Source: an uncultured Candidatus Saccharibacteria bacterium
GTDB taxonomy: Bacteria > Patescibacteriota > Minisyncoccia > Phycocordibacterales > DATDWN01
NCBI GenBank assembly: GCA_964616425.1
Contig: CAZTQY010000003.1
Location: forward strand, 47,402-111,401
DNA length: 64,000 nucleotides
Reading direction: 5' to 3'
In this document: positions 28,754 to 36,902 of the stretch, in pieces
Position numbering within the stretch: the first letter of the stretch is position 1
How the letters are laid out: every line of letters begins with the position of its first letter
Translations under genes and position numbers: made by a program
Notes under the pieces: model-generated
Told to the model about the DNA's origin: nothing
Databases searched by the model: none
What the model saw: only the letters and a program-made list of their open reading frames with translations

Positions 28754-29050
28754 ATGCACAACTCTACAGAAGAGTGTGCCCTTGTCTATTTGGAAAGGGT
28801 GCATGCGTACGTAACTTGGATCAAGGAGGCAAGAGAGAAATTCGCTAGGAGTTTCGGTAAGGACTGGGTGGAAGAGGTGGGCAGTGATGTTCACCGGTTC
28901 CCACCATTCATCAAGGGGGCTCTCCTATCCTGGAATCTTGAACTTCGTTCTATGGAACGAGTCCTTGGTCTTACTCCCGAGGAGCTTGCGAAGATCGACA
29001 ATGAGTACGGAGTTGAGCGTTATGAGAGAAAGGGGAGATCAGGACAGTGA
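28754..29050 (+). CDS. High-GC cassette P: hypothetical 98-aa protein
   Basis: SD ggggggag, GC about 52%, terminator with T6. Confidence 0.45.
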   Translation: MHNSTEECALVYLERVHAYVTWIKEAREKFARSFGKDWVEEVGSDVHRFPPFIKGALLSWNLELRSMERVLGLTPEELAKIDNEYGVERYERKGRSGQ

Positions 29051-29085
29051 GTAGTTGGCTACCGGCGCGGGGTCCCGCGTTGGGT

Positions 29086-29115
29086 CCCGCGTCGAGGCAA
29101 CTCGACGCTTTTTTA
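29086..29115 (+). terminator. Terminator of cassette P
   Basis: gtcgaggcaactcgac followed by gctttttt. Confidence 0.6.
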
Positions 29116-29155
29116 ATATTAAGATTTATATTCAGAAACAAGAAAATTTAAATTT

Positions 29156-32100
29156 TTACTCTAACAATTTCACTTTATCAACAAGGATGCTTTTTTCTCC
29201 GTTTCGAATAGAAAAAGTGCCTTTTATAACAACACAACTTTCTGGTATAAGAATGTCCTGAAACTCTTCAAGAACTTTTGGAAATGCTACACCTTCAATA
29301 GAGTCGGACAGGTCAGATATTTTAAGGAAAACCATTTTATCTCCCTTTTTTGTTACTACAGGTTTTACTTCATCAATAATACCTCCAAAAACTATAGGCT
29401 GTTTTTCTTTTGCTGATTCTTTCATCTTTTTTATATCAGTAGTTTTGTTCTCTAGTCTTTCTTTGAAAGATTCCAATGGGTGACCGGAAATATAGAGGCC
29501 AAGAAGTTCCTTTTCCCATAGTAGTTTGTCTGCCGCATTTCCATGTGGAGCCTTTTCAAGATTGATTTCTGTTGCTTCTCCACTTCCAACTAATCCGCCA
29601 AAAAGTGAATCTTGATCATTTTCTTTTGCACGTTCTTCTTTGTTATAAGTTAGGAGGCGATCTAGGTTGTGCAGTAGTGTAAATCTATATTGTTCTTTAT
29701 CGTCTGTATCTTTTGCTAATGAGTCAAAAGCTCCTGTTTTGATGAGGGATTCCATGGACTTTTTATTTAGATTTTTATCTTTTATCCTACCAAGGAAGTC
29801 AGAAAGTGTTTTGAATGGTCCGTTAGCTTTTCTTTCTTCGATGATAGATGTTGCTACACTCTCACCAAAGTTTTTTATTGTCGTTAGACCGAAACGTATA
29901 GTATCTATCTCACCTGGATTTTTTGCCTTGTTCACTCCGAACCCTTCGAAAGAAAAGTTTACATCTGGCGGAAGAACAGGAATGTTCATGTGTTTACACT
30001 CACCGATTATTTCAGCAATCATTGCGGTATCGCCAGACTCAGCTGTTAGCACAGCAGACATATATATAGCAGGGAAGTTGGCTTTCATATATGCAGTTTG
30101 ATATGCAACACGTCCGTAACTTGCGGCATGAGCTTTGTTAAAACCGTAACCTTGGAAAGGTTCAAACAAAAGCCAAAGTTCTTCAGCTTTTTTTTCTGTC
30201 ATTCCTCCAAATTTTTGGCATCCTTCTACGAATTTAACATGTTGCTTCTTCATCTCCTCTGGGATTTTCTTTCCAACTGCTTTTCGGAATTTATCCACCT
30301 CACCCCAATCATAGCCAGCTATTTCGATAGCGGTGTAGAGAAGGTCGTCTTGGTACACAAGCACTCCGTATGTTCTAGCCAAAAAGTTTTTCATTTTTGG
30401 ATGTAGATAAACAACGGGCTTTTTACCATGTTTTCTTGCAATGTACTCATTTATGTTATCCATCGGACCAGGACGATACAGAGCTACCATAACGTTGATA
30501 TCGTGAATAGTTGATGGTTTGAGTTCTTTCAATGCACGAGTCATCCCGTCGCCGTTTAGTTGGAATAGTCCAATAGTTTCTCCTCGAGCTAGCATTTCAA
30601 AAGTTTTTTTGTCGTCTATTGGAACAGTGTCCATGTCCACATCTACACCTTCAACTTTTTTTGTAATTTTCACTGCATCTGCAAGTATGGAAAGGTTTCG
30701 TATTCCTAGAAAGTCGAATTTCAAAAGTCCTACACCATCTTCTCCAACGGCGTGCATGTCGTATTGAGTGATGATTTTGTTGTCACCTTTTGTATCGTAT
30801 TGGAGTGGTACATAGTCAGTTAGTGGGGTGGGTGAAATAACAACTCCGGCAGCATGAACTGAGATGTGGCGAGCACAACCTTCGATTTTTTTTGCCATTT
30901 CGATAACTTTTTTTACATCTGCGTCATCGTTATACATTTTTTTGAGCTCTGGATTTTCTTTAATAGCTCTTTCTATTGTCATTGGAAAACCTTGAGCTCC
31001 CATTGGTATAGCTTTTGCTATAGAGTCTCCAAGACTGTACGGCAAACCAAGGGCTCGAGTTACATCTCGAACAGAACCTCGAGCTGCCATAGTACCGAAA
31101 GTACCGATCTGAGCCACTTTATCAACTCCATATTTCCCACGAGCGTAGTCGATAACTTCATCGCGTCTGTTGTCAGCAAAGTCCATATCGATATCGGGAG
31201 CAGATGGTCTAGATGGGTTTAAGAATCGTTCGAAAGGTAAGTAGTACTCAATAGGATCCACGTTTGTAATACGTGTTAGGTATGTTGTTAGAGATCCAGC
31301 AACAGAACCTCGGATGTTTGTTAGTATTCCGTGGTCGTGAGCGTAGTGTAGTAAGTCTGACACCACTAGAAAGTACGGTGCGTAGCCTTTGTCTTTAATA
31401 ACTTTGAGTTCGTATTCTAAACGTTCTACATACTCTGGAGTTTGTTTTAGGTTTCGCTTTTCAAAACCTGCATAAGCTATTTTCTTTAGTTCCTCGTCGT
31501 AAGATAGTCCACTCTCCACAATATAGTTTGGTAAAAACCATTTGCCTATGGAGATTTCTAGGTTGCATCTATCAGCTATTTTGACAGTATTTTCAAGCGC
31601 TTCTGGTATCTGTTTAAAAATTTTATCAGCCTGCTTTTGTGTAATAAAAGAAAAGTCTTCATCGCTTTCTTCTATTTTGTCATCATGTTGCGACTGGATA
31701 GACATTAGAGTCTGTCTGGCTATTCTGTCTTCTGTATTTAAATAATACACATCCTGAGCGCCAACTAATGGGGTATTTGTTTCTTTTGCAAAAGCTACTA
31801 TTTTTTGCATTGTTTGCTCAAAGCCTTTTACCTCGGGATGATGTGTTACTTCTAGAAAAAAGTTCGGGCCGTCATCACTATCCTTAAAAGTTTTTTTGTA
31901 CCAATTCAATCTTTCATTTGCTTGCTCAGTGTTTGAAAGTTGTAAAGATTTTACAATATCGCTAGAAAAGGAAGGAGCAATAGCTATAAGTCCTTCGCTA
32001 TATTTTTCTAAAACTTCTCGGTCAATACGTGGTTTATAATAAAAACCTTCTAGGTGGGCCGCAGTCACAAGCTTGATTAAGTTTTTGTACCCCAAATCGT

Positions 32101-32389
32101 TTTTGGCTAGTAGTACTAGTCGGTAACGTTCTTTATCTACACCAGATTCTTTGCTAAGTCTTGATCTGTAAGCAACATATGCATCAATACCAATAATAGG
32201 TTTAATCTCCTTTTTTTTACATTTTTGATAAAACTCGATTGCTCCATAAAGGTTACAGTTGTCAGTTAGAGCTATTGCTGTTTGCCCGTCTTTTACTGCG
32301 GCGTCTATTAGATCTGGTATTTTTGGCAGAGCGTTTAGTAGGGAGTAGTGAGAGTGAGTATGTAGGTGTACAAATTTTGAGTCGGCCAT
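29156..32389 (-). CDS. dnaE: DNA polymerase III alpha subunit
   Basis: PHP domain HLHTHSHYSLL, polymerase core, and OB fold. Confidence 0.95.
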   Translation of the reverse strand: MADSKFVHLHTHSHYSLLNALPKIPDLIDAAVKDGQTAIALTDNCNLYGAIEFYQKCKKKEIKPIIGIDAYVAYRSRLSKESGVDKERYRLVLLAKNDLGYKNLIKLVTAAHLEGFYYKPRIDREVLEKYSEGLIAIAPSFSSDIVKSLQLSNTEQANERLNWYKKTFKDSDDGPNFFLEVTHHPEVKGFEQTMQKIVAFAKETNTPLVGAQDVYYLNTEDRIARQTLMSIQSQHDDKIEESDEDFSFITQKQADKIFKQIPEALENTVKIADRCNLEISIGKWFLPNYIVESGLSYDEELKKIAYAGFEKRNLKQTPEYVERLEYELKVIKDKGYAPYFLVVSDLLHYAHDHGILTNIRGSVAGSLTTYLTRITNVDPIEYYLPFERFLNPSRPSAPDIDMDFADNRRDEVIDYARGKYGVDKVAQIGTFGTMAARGSVRDVTRALGLPYSLGDSIAKAIPMGAQGFPMTIERAIKENPELKKMYNDDADVKKVIEMAKKIEGCARHISVHAAGVVISPTPLTDYVPLQYDTKGDNKIITQYDMHAVGEDGVGLLKFDFLGIRNLSILADAVKITKKVEGVDVDMDTVPIDDKKTFEMLARGETIGLFQLNGDGMTRALKELKPSTIHDINVMVALYRPGPMDNINEYIARKHGKKPVVYLHPKMKNFLARTYGVLVYQDDLLYTAIEIAGYDWGEVDKFRKAVGKKIPEEMKKQHVKFVEGCQKFGGMTEKKAEELWLLFEPFQGYGFNKAHAASYGRVAYQTAYMKANFPAIYMSAVLTAESGDTAMIAEIIGECKHMNIPVLPPDVNFSFEGFGVNKAKNPGEIDTIRFGLTTIKNFGESVATSIIEERKANGPFKTLSDFLGRIKDKNLNKKSMESLIKTGAFDSLAKDTDDKEQYRFTLLHNLDRLLTYNKEERAKENDQDSLFGGLVGSGEATEINLEKAPHGNAADKLLWEKELLGLYISGHPLESFKERLENKTTDIKKMKESAKEKQPIVFGGIIDEVKPVVTKKGDKMVFLKISDLSDSIEGVAFPKVLEEFQDILIPESCVVIKGTFSIRNGEKSILVDKVKLLE

Positions 32390-32492
32390 ATGTTGGCGTC
32401 ATTATAGCACAGTGAAAAATTTGGATAATGAATGTAATAATTGACAATATCTAAACAATATAACATAATCCAAAAAGGCATGGAGGCCGAAA

Positions 32493-32612
32493 ATGAAGAA
32501 GTATTTTTGGGATGACATTAAGTGGCTGTACCGCTGTCACAAAACCAAGGTCGAGTGGACTCTTGTTTTGGCCATGGTGGTCGTGGTGGTCGTGGTGGTC
32601 GTGATCTTTTAG
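32493..32612 (+). CDS. High-GC cassette E gene 1: 39-aa single-TM peptide
   Basis: SD ggagg at 8 nt. MKKYFWDDIKWLYRCHKTKVEWTLVLAMVVVVVVVVVIF. Confidence 0.4.
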   Translation: MKKYFWDDIKWLYRCHKTKVEWTLVLAMVVVVVVVVVIF

Positions 32613-32658
32613 TACGGCGCTAGATAGTCATTCTCAGTGCCGTAAGGAGAGTTCTCTG

Positions 32659-32874
32659 ATGAAAGTGAAACTCCCAAACCCTCCGAGCACGAGGAATTGC
32701 CTCGCGGTCTGTGGTGGACTAATGATCGCCCAGTTCCTATCTGGGGCAACGGTGCGATCCACCGATATCATGGAGGCGCTCGAATTTGCGACAGCTCTTT
32801 TTCTCATCTTCTGCGTAATTGGTTTCCTGTTCAGGAGACGACAGCCGGAGGATAGGCGAGAGTACCTCTCGTGA
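32659..32874 (+). CDS. High-GC cassette E gene 2: 71-aa protein with C-terminal TM helix
   Basis: SD aaggag at 10 nt, followed by a strong terminator. Confidence 0.45.
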   Translation: MKVKLPNPPSTRNCLAVCGGLMIAQFLSGATVRSTDIMEALEFATALFLIFCVIGFLFRRRQPEDRREYLS

Positions 32875-32887
32875 CCAAGTTCTTTCT

Positions 32888-32926
32888 GGAGGCTACCGCG
32901 CACACGCGCCGGTAGCCTCTTTTCTT
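32888..32926 (+). terminator. Terminator of cassette E
   Basis: ggaggctaccg..cggtagcctc followed by ttttctt. Confidence 0.6.
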
Positions 32927-32942
32927 GTGTTAAAATTTAGAT

Positions 32943-33545
32943 ATGACAACCATTATTGGTATAGATGAAGTTGGTCGAGGACCTTTAGCTGGTCCAGTTA
33001 CTCTGTGTGCTGTTTCTTGTGAAGAAATAACATACAGATCACTTTTTAAAAACAAAAATCTTCCACCACTTGGAAAAGATAGTAAAAAGTTAAAAGAGAA
33101 AGATCGAAAAGTTTATGACAAATTTCTAAGAGAACTTTCTGAAGTCGGAAAGATAAAATTTAAGATAGTTCATGTTTCAAATAAAATCATTGATAGAAGT
33201 GGTATTTCATTTTCGATAAAAAAAGCTATGGCTGATTGTATAAACAGTTTGCAAGTAAAAAATGAATCAAAATTTTTGTTAGATGGAGGGTTAAGAGTCT
33301 CGAGTGAATTTAAAAATCAAAAAACAATAATAAAAGGGGATGAGAAGGAGAGAATAATAGCTTGGGCATCTATTTTGGCAAAAGTTTCGAGGGATAGTTT
33401 GATGATAAAAACATCAAAAAAATACTCCGAATACGGTTTTGATGTTCATAAAGGTTATGGAACAAAGAAACATCGAGATGCTATAAAAAAATATGGTATT
33501 ACTGATTTTCATCGGAGTACTTTTTGTAAAAAGATAAATATTTGA
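32943..33545 (+). CDS. rnhB: Ribonuclease HII
   Basis: GIDEVGRGPLAGPV motif. Confidence 0.9.
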   Translation: MTTIIGIDEVGRGPLAGPVTLCAVSCEEITYRSLFKNKNLPPLGKDSKKLKEKDRKVYDKFLRELSEVGKIKFKIVHVSNKIIDRSGISFSIKKAMADCINSLQVKNESKFLLDGGLRVSSEFKNQKTIIKGDEKERIIAWASILAKVSRDSLMIKTSKKYSEYGFDVHKGYGTKKHRDAIKKYGITDFHRSTFCKKINI

Positions 33546-33640
33546 CTATAAATAAATAATATTGTACTATATATTTTTGAAGCTTAGCTTTTGGCTGAGC
33601 ACAGGCTCTTTTAACAAAGTAAATTAATTGGAGGAAGGTC

Positions 33641-34150
33641 ATGGTACTAGACTGGTACTCCGGTGCCATTATATGGAAAGTAGAAGATGGGGTACTCAAG
33701 TTCCTCGTCTTCTGGACTTGGTTCACAAGTTCGAAATACAGAATCAGTCCAGCTCAGCTCAAGTTCCCAGGTGGGAAGAGCCGGGGCCATCCAGAGGACT
33801 CCAATCCTTTGGACACACTCAGGAGAGAAGTGATGGAGGAACTGGGTCAAGAGTTGGGAGATGTGAGAATACATCCAAACGCTCGACCAATAGCCGTCCA
33901 TTTCTCACCTTCTGAGCAGGAGGTTCGACAGTATCCTGGAGTACCGATGCATCAGAAGATTTTCTTTCTGTTGCACGAGAGTGAGCTGGTTGGGAAAATC
34001 CGCAAGTCTAGCAAGCTTGATGGAGGCTCAGAGATGGGCACTCCGATGTGGCTTCCGGCAAGTGGGATTCCGCTCTATGGTCAGCATCGCAAGGCTGCAC
34101 GTAGAGCAGTAAAACTACTATCTCGAACTCCTCTTCTTCTCACGGCATGA
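33641..34150 (+). CDS. High-GC cassette F: Nudix hydrolase
   Basis: Nudix box GGKSRGHPEDSNPLDTLRREVMEELG. SD ggagg. Confidence 0.7.
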   Translation: MVLDWYSGAIIWKVEDGVLKFLVFWTWFTSSKYRISPAQLKFPGGKSRGHPEDSNPLDTLRREVMEELGQELGDVRIHPNARPIAVHFSPSEQEVRQYPGVPMHQKIFFLLHESELVGKIRKSSKLDGGSEMGTPMWLPASGIPLYGQHRKAARRAVKLLSRTPLLLTA

Positions 34151-34179
34151 TCAACTCATATCGTGGGAAGAATTACACA

Positions 34180-34210
34180 GCCGACCCGGTTTACTGGGTC
34201 GGCCTTTTTC
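34180..34210 (+). terminator. Terminator of cassette F
   Basis: gccgacccgg ttta ctgggtcggc followed by ctttttc. Confidence 0.6.
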
Positions 34211-34256
34211 ATAAACATTTGATTAATTAGAGCATTTAGTGTAATGTGTTCCTATT

Positions 34257-34475
34257 ATGGTAGTACGAATGCGTCACACAAAGGGTCACCGAAACAACAG
34301 ACGATCTCACGATGGTCTATCAAAGCCGGCTGTAACTTTAGACAAAAATACAAACGTTCCACATTTGCGACATAGAGCATCAACAGTTACAGGTCAATAC
34401 AATGGCCGAATGGTTATTGATGTTGCTTCTAAAATTGCAAAGAAAGCTAAAAAAATGAAGAGTGAGGGTCGGTAA
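34257..34475 (+). CDS. rpmF: Ribosomal protein L32
   Basis: N-terminal basic region ..RRSHDGL.. and the HLRH motif. Confidence 0.8.
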   Translation: MVVRMRHTKGHRNNRRSHDGLSKPAVTLDKNTNVPHLRHRASTVTGQYNGRMVIDVASKIAKKAKKMKSEGR

Positions 34476-34543
34476 TCCACACCTCAATCATTTTTAGTTT
34501 TGTTTTGCATTAAAATATTGTACACTGATATACATACAGTTGT

Positions 34544-35434
34544 ATGGCAAACAGGCACCTTTCTAGATCAATAGTTTTACAATCCCTTTTTGAATGGGAT
34601 TTCTCCAACAAGTCTATAGATGAGGCTACAACAATTTTTGTGCGTAATGCTAAGGAATTTGCTCCCGGTATGGGGGATTTTTCTTTTATGGAAACTCTTC
34701 TAAATGGAATTTTGGAAAAGAGAAAAGACATAGATTTGATTATTGAAAAAGCTGCGCCAGATTGGCCAATAGATAAGATAAGTATAATGGATAGAAATAT
34801 ACTTCGACTTGGTTTATATGAGTTACTTTTTTCTGATAGATCTCAGGTCCCACCAAAGGTTGCTATAAACGAAGCTATAGAACTTTCAAAAGCTTTTGGT
34901 GGTGAGACATCTAGTAAGTTTGTTAATGGAGTTTTGGGTGCAGTGTATAAAGAACTGGGCGAGCCGGGAAAAGAAGAGACATCAAAAGATAAAAATAAAA
35001 ATGGTAATGGTGTGGTAAATACTGAACATTTGGGCGGAGCTGTTGTTTTTGCTAAAGATGGAGAAGATATATATCTTGCACTTGTTCATGATGTTTTTGG
35101 AAGATGGACTCTTTCAAAGGGGAAAATTCCTCCTGATGTGGATATAGAAGTTGGAACAATACAGGGGATAAAAGACGAGATGGGTCTGGATGTAACTCTT
35201 AAAGAGAAGCTTGGTGAGAATGAGTATATTGCATATCATCCAGAAAAAGGTAAAACAAAAAAGCATGTTGTTTATTATTTAGCTGAGTCAGCATATACAG
35301 ATATAGTCCCAGAAAAGAAAGGTGGTCTCGATGATGCTAGGTGGTTCAAACTCGCCGAAATTCTCGATCTAAATTTCTATAACGATATACTTCCTCTAGT
35401 TACTAAAGCAATAAATATCTTACTCAAGAAGTAA
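34544..35434 (+). CDS. nusB: NusB antitermination factor fused to a C-terminal Nudix-like domain
   Basis: N-terminal NusB fold (LFEWDF.., LRLGLYELLF); about 150 C-terminal residues with a Nudix-like GKI..E..RE..EE.G-like pattern. Confidence 0.7.
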   Translation: MANRHLSRSIVLQSLFEWDFSNKSIDEATTIFVRNAKEFAPGMGDFSFMETLLNGILEKRKDIDLIIEKAAPDWPIDKISIMDRNILRLGLYELLFSDRSQVPPKVAINEAIELSKAFGGETSSKFVNGVLGAVYKELGEPGKEETSKDKNKNGNGVVNTEHLGGAVVFAKDGEDIYLALVHDVFGRWTLSKGKIPPDVDIEVGTIQGIKDEMGLDVTLKEKLGENEYIAYHPEKGKTKKHVVYYLAESAYTDIVPEKKGGLDDARWFKLAEILDLNFYNDILPLVTKAINILLKK

Positions 35435-35476
35435 ATTGTGTGAAGGAGTCTCTACCTTCTCATTTAATTTTACTCA

Positions 35477-35788
35477 ACACGCATAAATCGTTGCTACGAT
35501 TTTGCTTTTCTCGGCTCGTCAGCCTGCGAAGGTCTCGTAAAATGAAATGAGTCAACGAGACTCTTAGGTGACACATTCTTGTTTTTGTGTTAGTGTATTC
35601 TCAATTATTATTAAATGTAAGATTAGTGTTTTTTGAGACTTCGCAGATAATTTAGAAAACAACGACGAAGATAAAGTAAGCCCGAAGCTTGTTTGAGCAA
35701 AGCGAGTTTGCGAAAGGGCTACATATCTAGGAGATTGTTTTCTTAGATTATTGAGATAAGCGAAATCGTACCAACGATTTACGCGGTT
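35477..35788. mobile_element. MITE-like non-coding element (about 312 bp) with 36-bp imperfect terminal inverted repeats in the nusB-rnc spacer
   Basis: Left TIR acacgcataaatcgttgctacgattttgcttttctc matches the reverse complement of the right TIR gagataagcgaaatcgtaccaacgatttacgcggtt at 30/36. No ORF inside. The mismatches are not RNA-compensatory. Confidence 0.45.
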
Positions 35789-35810
35789 TCAAAAGACACT
35801 AATCTGAAAT

Positions 35811-36512
35811 GTGTATATGAATCCGGATTTAAAAACATTCCAGGAGAAAATAGATATCAATTTCAAAGACGCTGGGTTACTTACTCAGGCTTTTGTGCAT
35901 CGCTCATATATAAATGAAAACAAAGCATCAGGTCTTTCTCACAACGAGCGACTTGAGTTTTTAGGTGACGCAGTTTTGGAATTAGTTATAACTGACTTTT
36001 TATACAAAGAATACGAAAATAAAGCAGAGGGTGAGTTAACCGCATATAGATCAGCTTTAGTTAATGCGGATACTTGTGCCAATATAGCGACAACTCTTGG
36101 TATAAATGATCACCTACTACTTTCAAAAGGTGAGAGCAAAGATACTGGAAGAGCGAGACAATACATACTAGCAAACGCACTAGAAGCTCTTATTGGTGCT
36201 ATTTATCTTGACCAAGGATATGATTCTGCAAAAGTTTTTATTGAGAAAAATTTTACTCCACTAATACACAAAATTATTTCTGACGGTGCATTTATCGACA
36301 GTAAGAGTTTGTTTCAAGAGAAATCACAAGAGTTTGAAGGTGTTACTCCATCATATAAAACCGTAAAAGAGTCTGGACCAGACCATGAAAAGAAATTTAC
36401 TGTGGGCGTTTATGTTGGAAAGGATTTGATTGCTACTGGAGAAGGTAAGTCAAAGCAGGACGCAGAACAGATAGCTGCTAGAGAGGCTTTGGCAAAGAAA
36501 GGTTGGAATTAG
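35811..36512 (+). CDS. rnc: Ribonuclease III
   Basis: ERLEFLGDAVLEL signature and a C-terminal dsRBD. Confidence 0.9.
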   Translation: MYMNPDLKTFQEKIDINFKDAGLLTQAFVHRSYINENKASGLSHNERLEFLGDAVLELVITDFLYKEYENKAEGELTAYRSALVNADTCANIATTLGINDHLLLSKGESKDTGRARQYILANALEALIGAIYLDQGYDSAKVFIEKNFTPLIHKIISDGAFIDSKSLFQEKSQEFEGVTPSYKTVKESGPDHEKKFTVGVYVGKDLIATGEGKSKQDAEQIAAREALAKKGWN

Positions 36513-36574
36513 TAGACACCCTCATGTTTTTGTTGTAAAGTGTTTGTGGCTTAAGTCCTTTCCTGAGGAGTGTA

Positions 36575-36804
36575 TGTTAACAAAAACCTTCGTTCTGAAG
36601 TACAAAGTGAGCATCTTCGAAAAAGCGAAACCGCTGAATTTCGAAGCCACCGAAAAGTCGGCGGAGGCGTTGGCACGGGGTCACGCCAGAAACATCTATC
36701 AGGCGACAGGTGTCGCCAATTTCGACCTTCATTGGCCCGACGGGAGCATCACAAGCTTCATGCTTTCTAAAGAAGAGCGGATGGTCCCAGTCCAGCATGA
36801 CTGA
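36575..36804 (+). CDS. High-GC cassette G: hypothetical 76-aa protein
   Basis: SD gaggag 5 nt upstream of ATG at 36575, followed by a GC hairpin terminator. Confidence 0.4.
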
Positions 36805-36810
36805 GGACGA

Positions 36811-36848
36811 GCGACCGACGACCGGACCCAATGCGGGCCGGTCGTTTA
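36811..36848 (+). terminator. Terminator of cassette G
   Basis: cgaccggaccc aat gcgggccggtcg followed by ttt. Confidence 0.55.
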
Positions 36849-36902
36849 ACTTATATTTTAAATATTTTCAAAAAATTTGTTATACTAAATAAAACTTTAT
36901 TT

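Noticed and set aside
29667-31745. Multiple plus-strand ORFs (29667-30101, 30098-30406, 30519-30767, 30866-31222, 31542-31745) antisense to dnaE
   Set aside because: They lie entirely inside the strongly supported dnaE frame. The translations are Ser/Phe-rich, typical of antisense frames of AT-rich genes.
33628-33915. ORFs 33628-33915(+) and 33647-33901(-) overlapping the Nudix gene
   Set aside because: Alternative frames of the high-GC Nudix cassette. Only frame 33641-34150 carries the Nudix box, a proper SD and a terminator.
36544-36831. ORFs 36570-36770(+), 36577-36831(-), 36710-36892(+) around cassette G
   Set aside because: Overlapping alternative frames of a high-GC segment. The frame with the SD (start 36575) and the downstream terminator was preferred.
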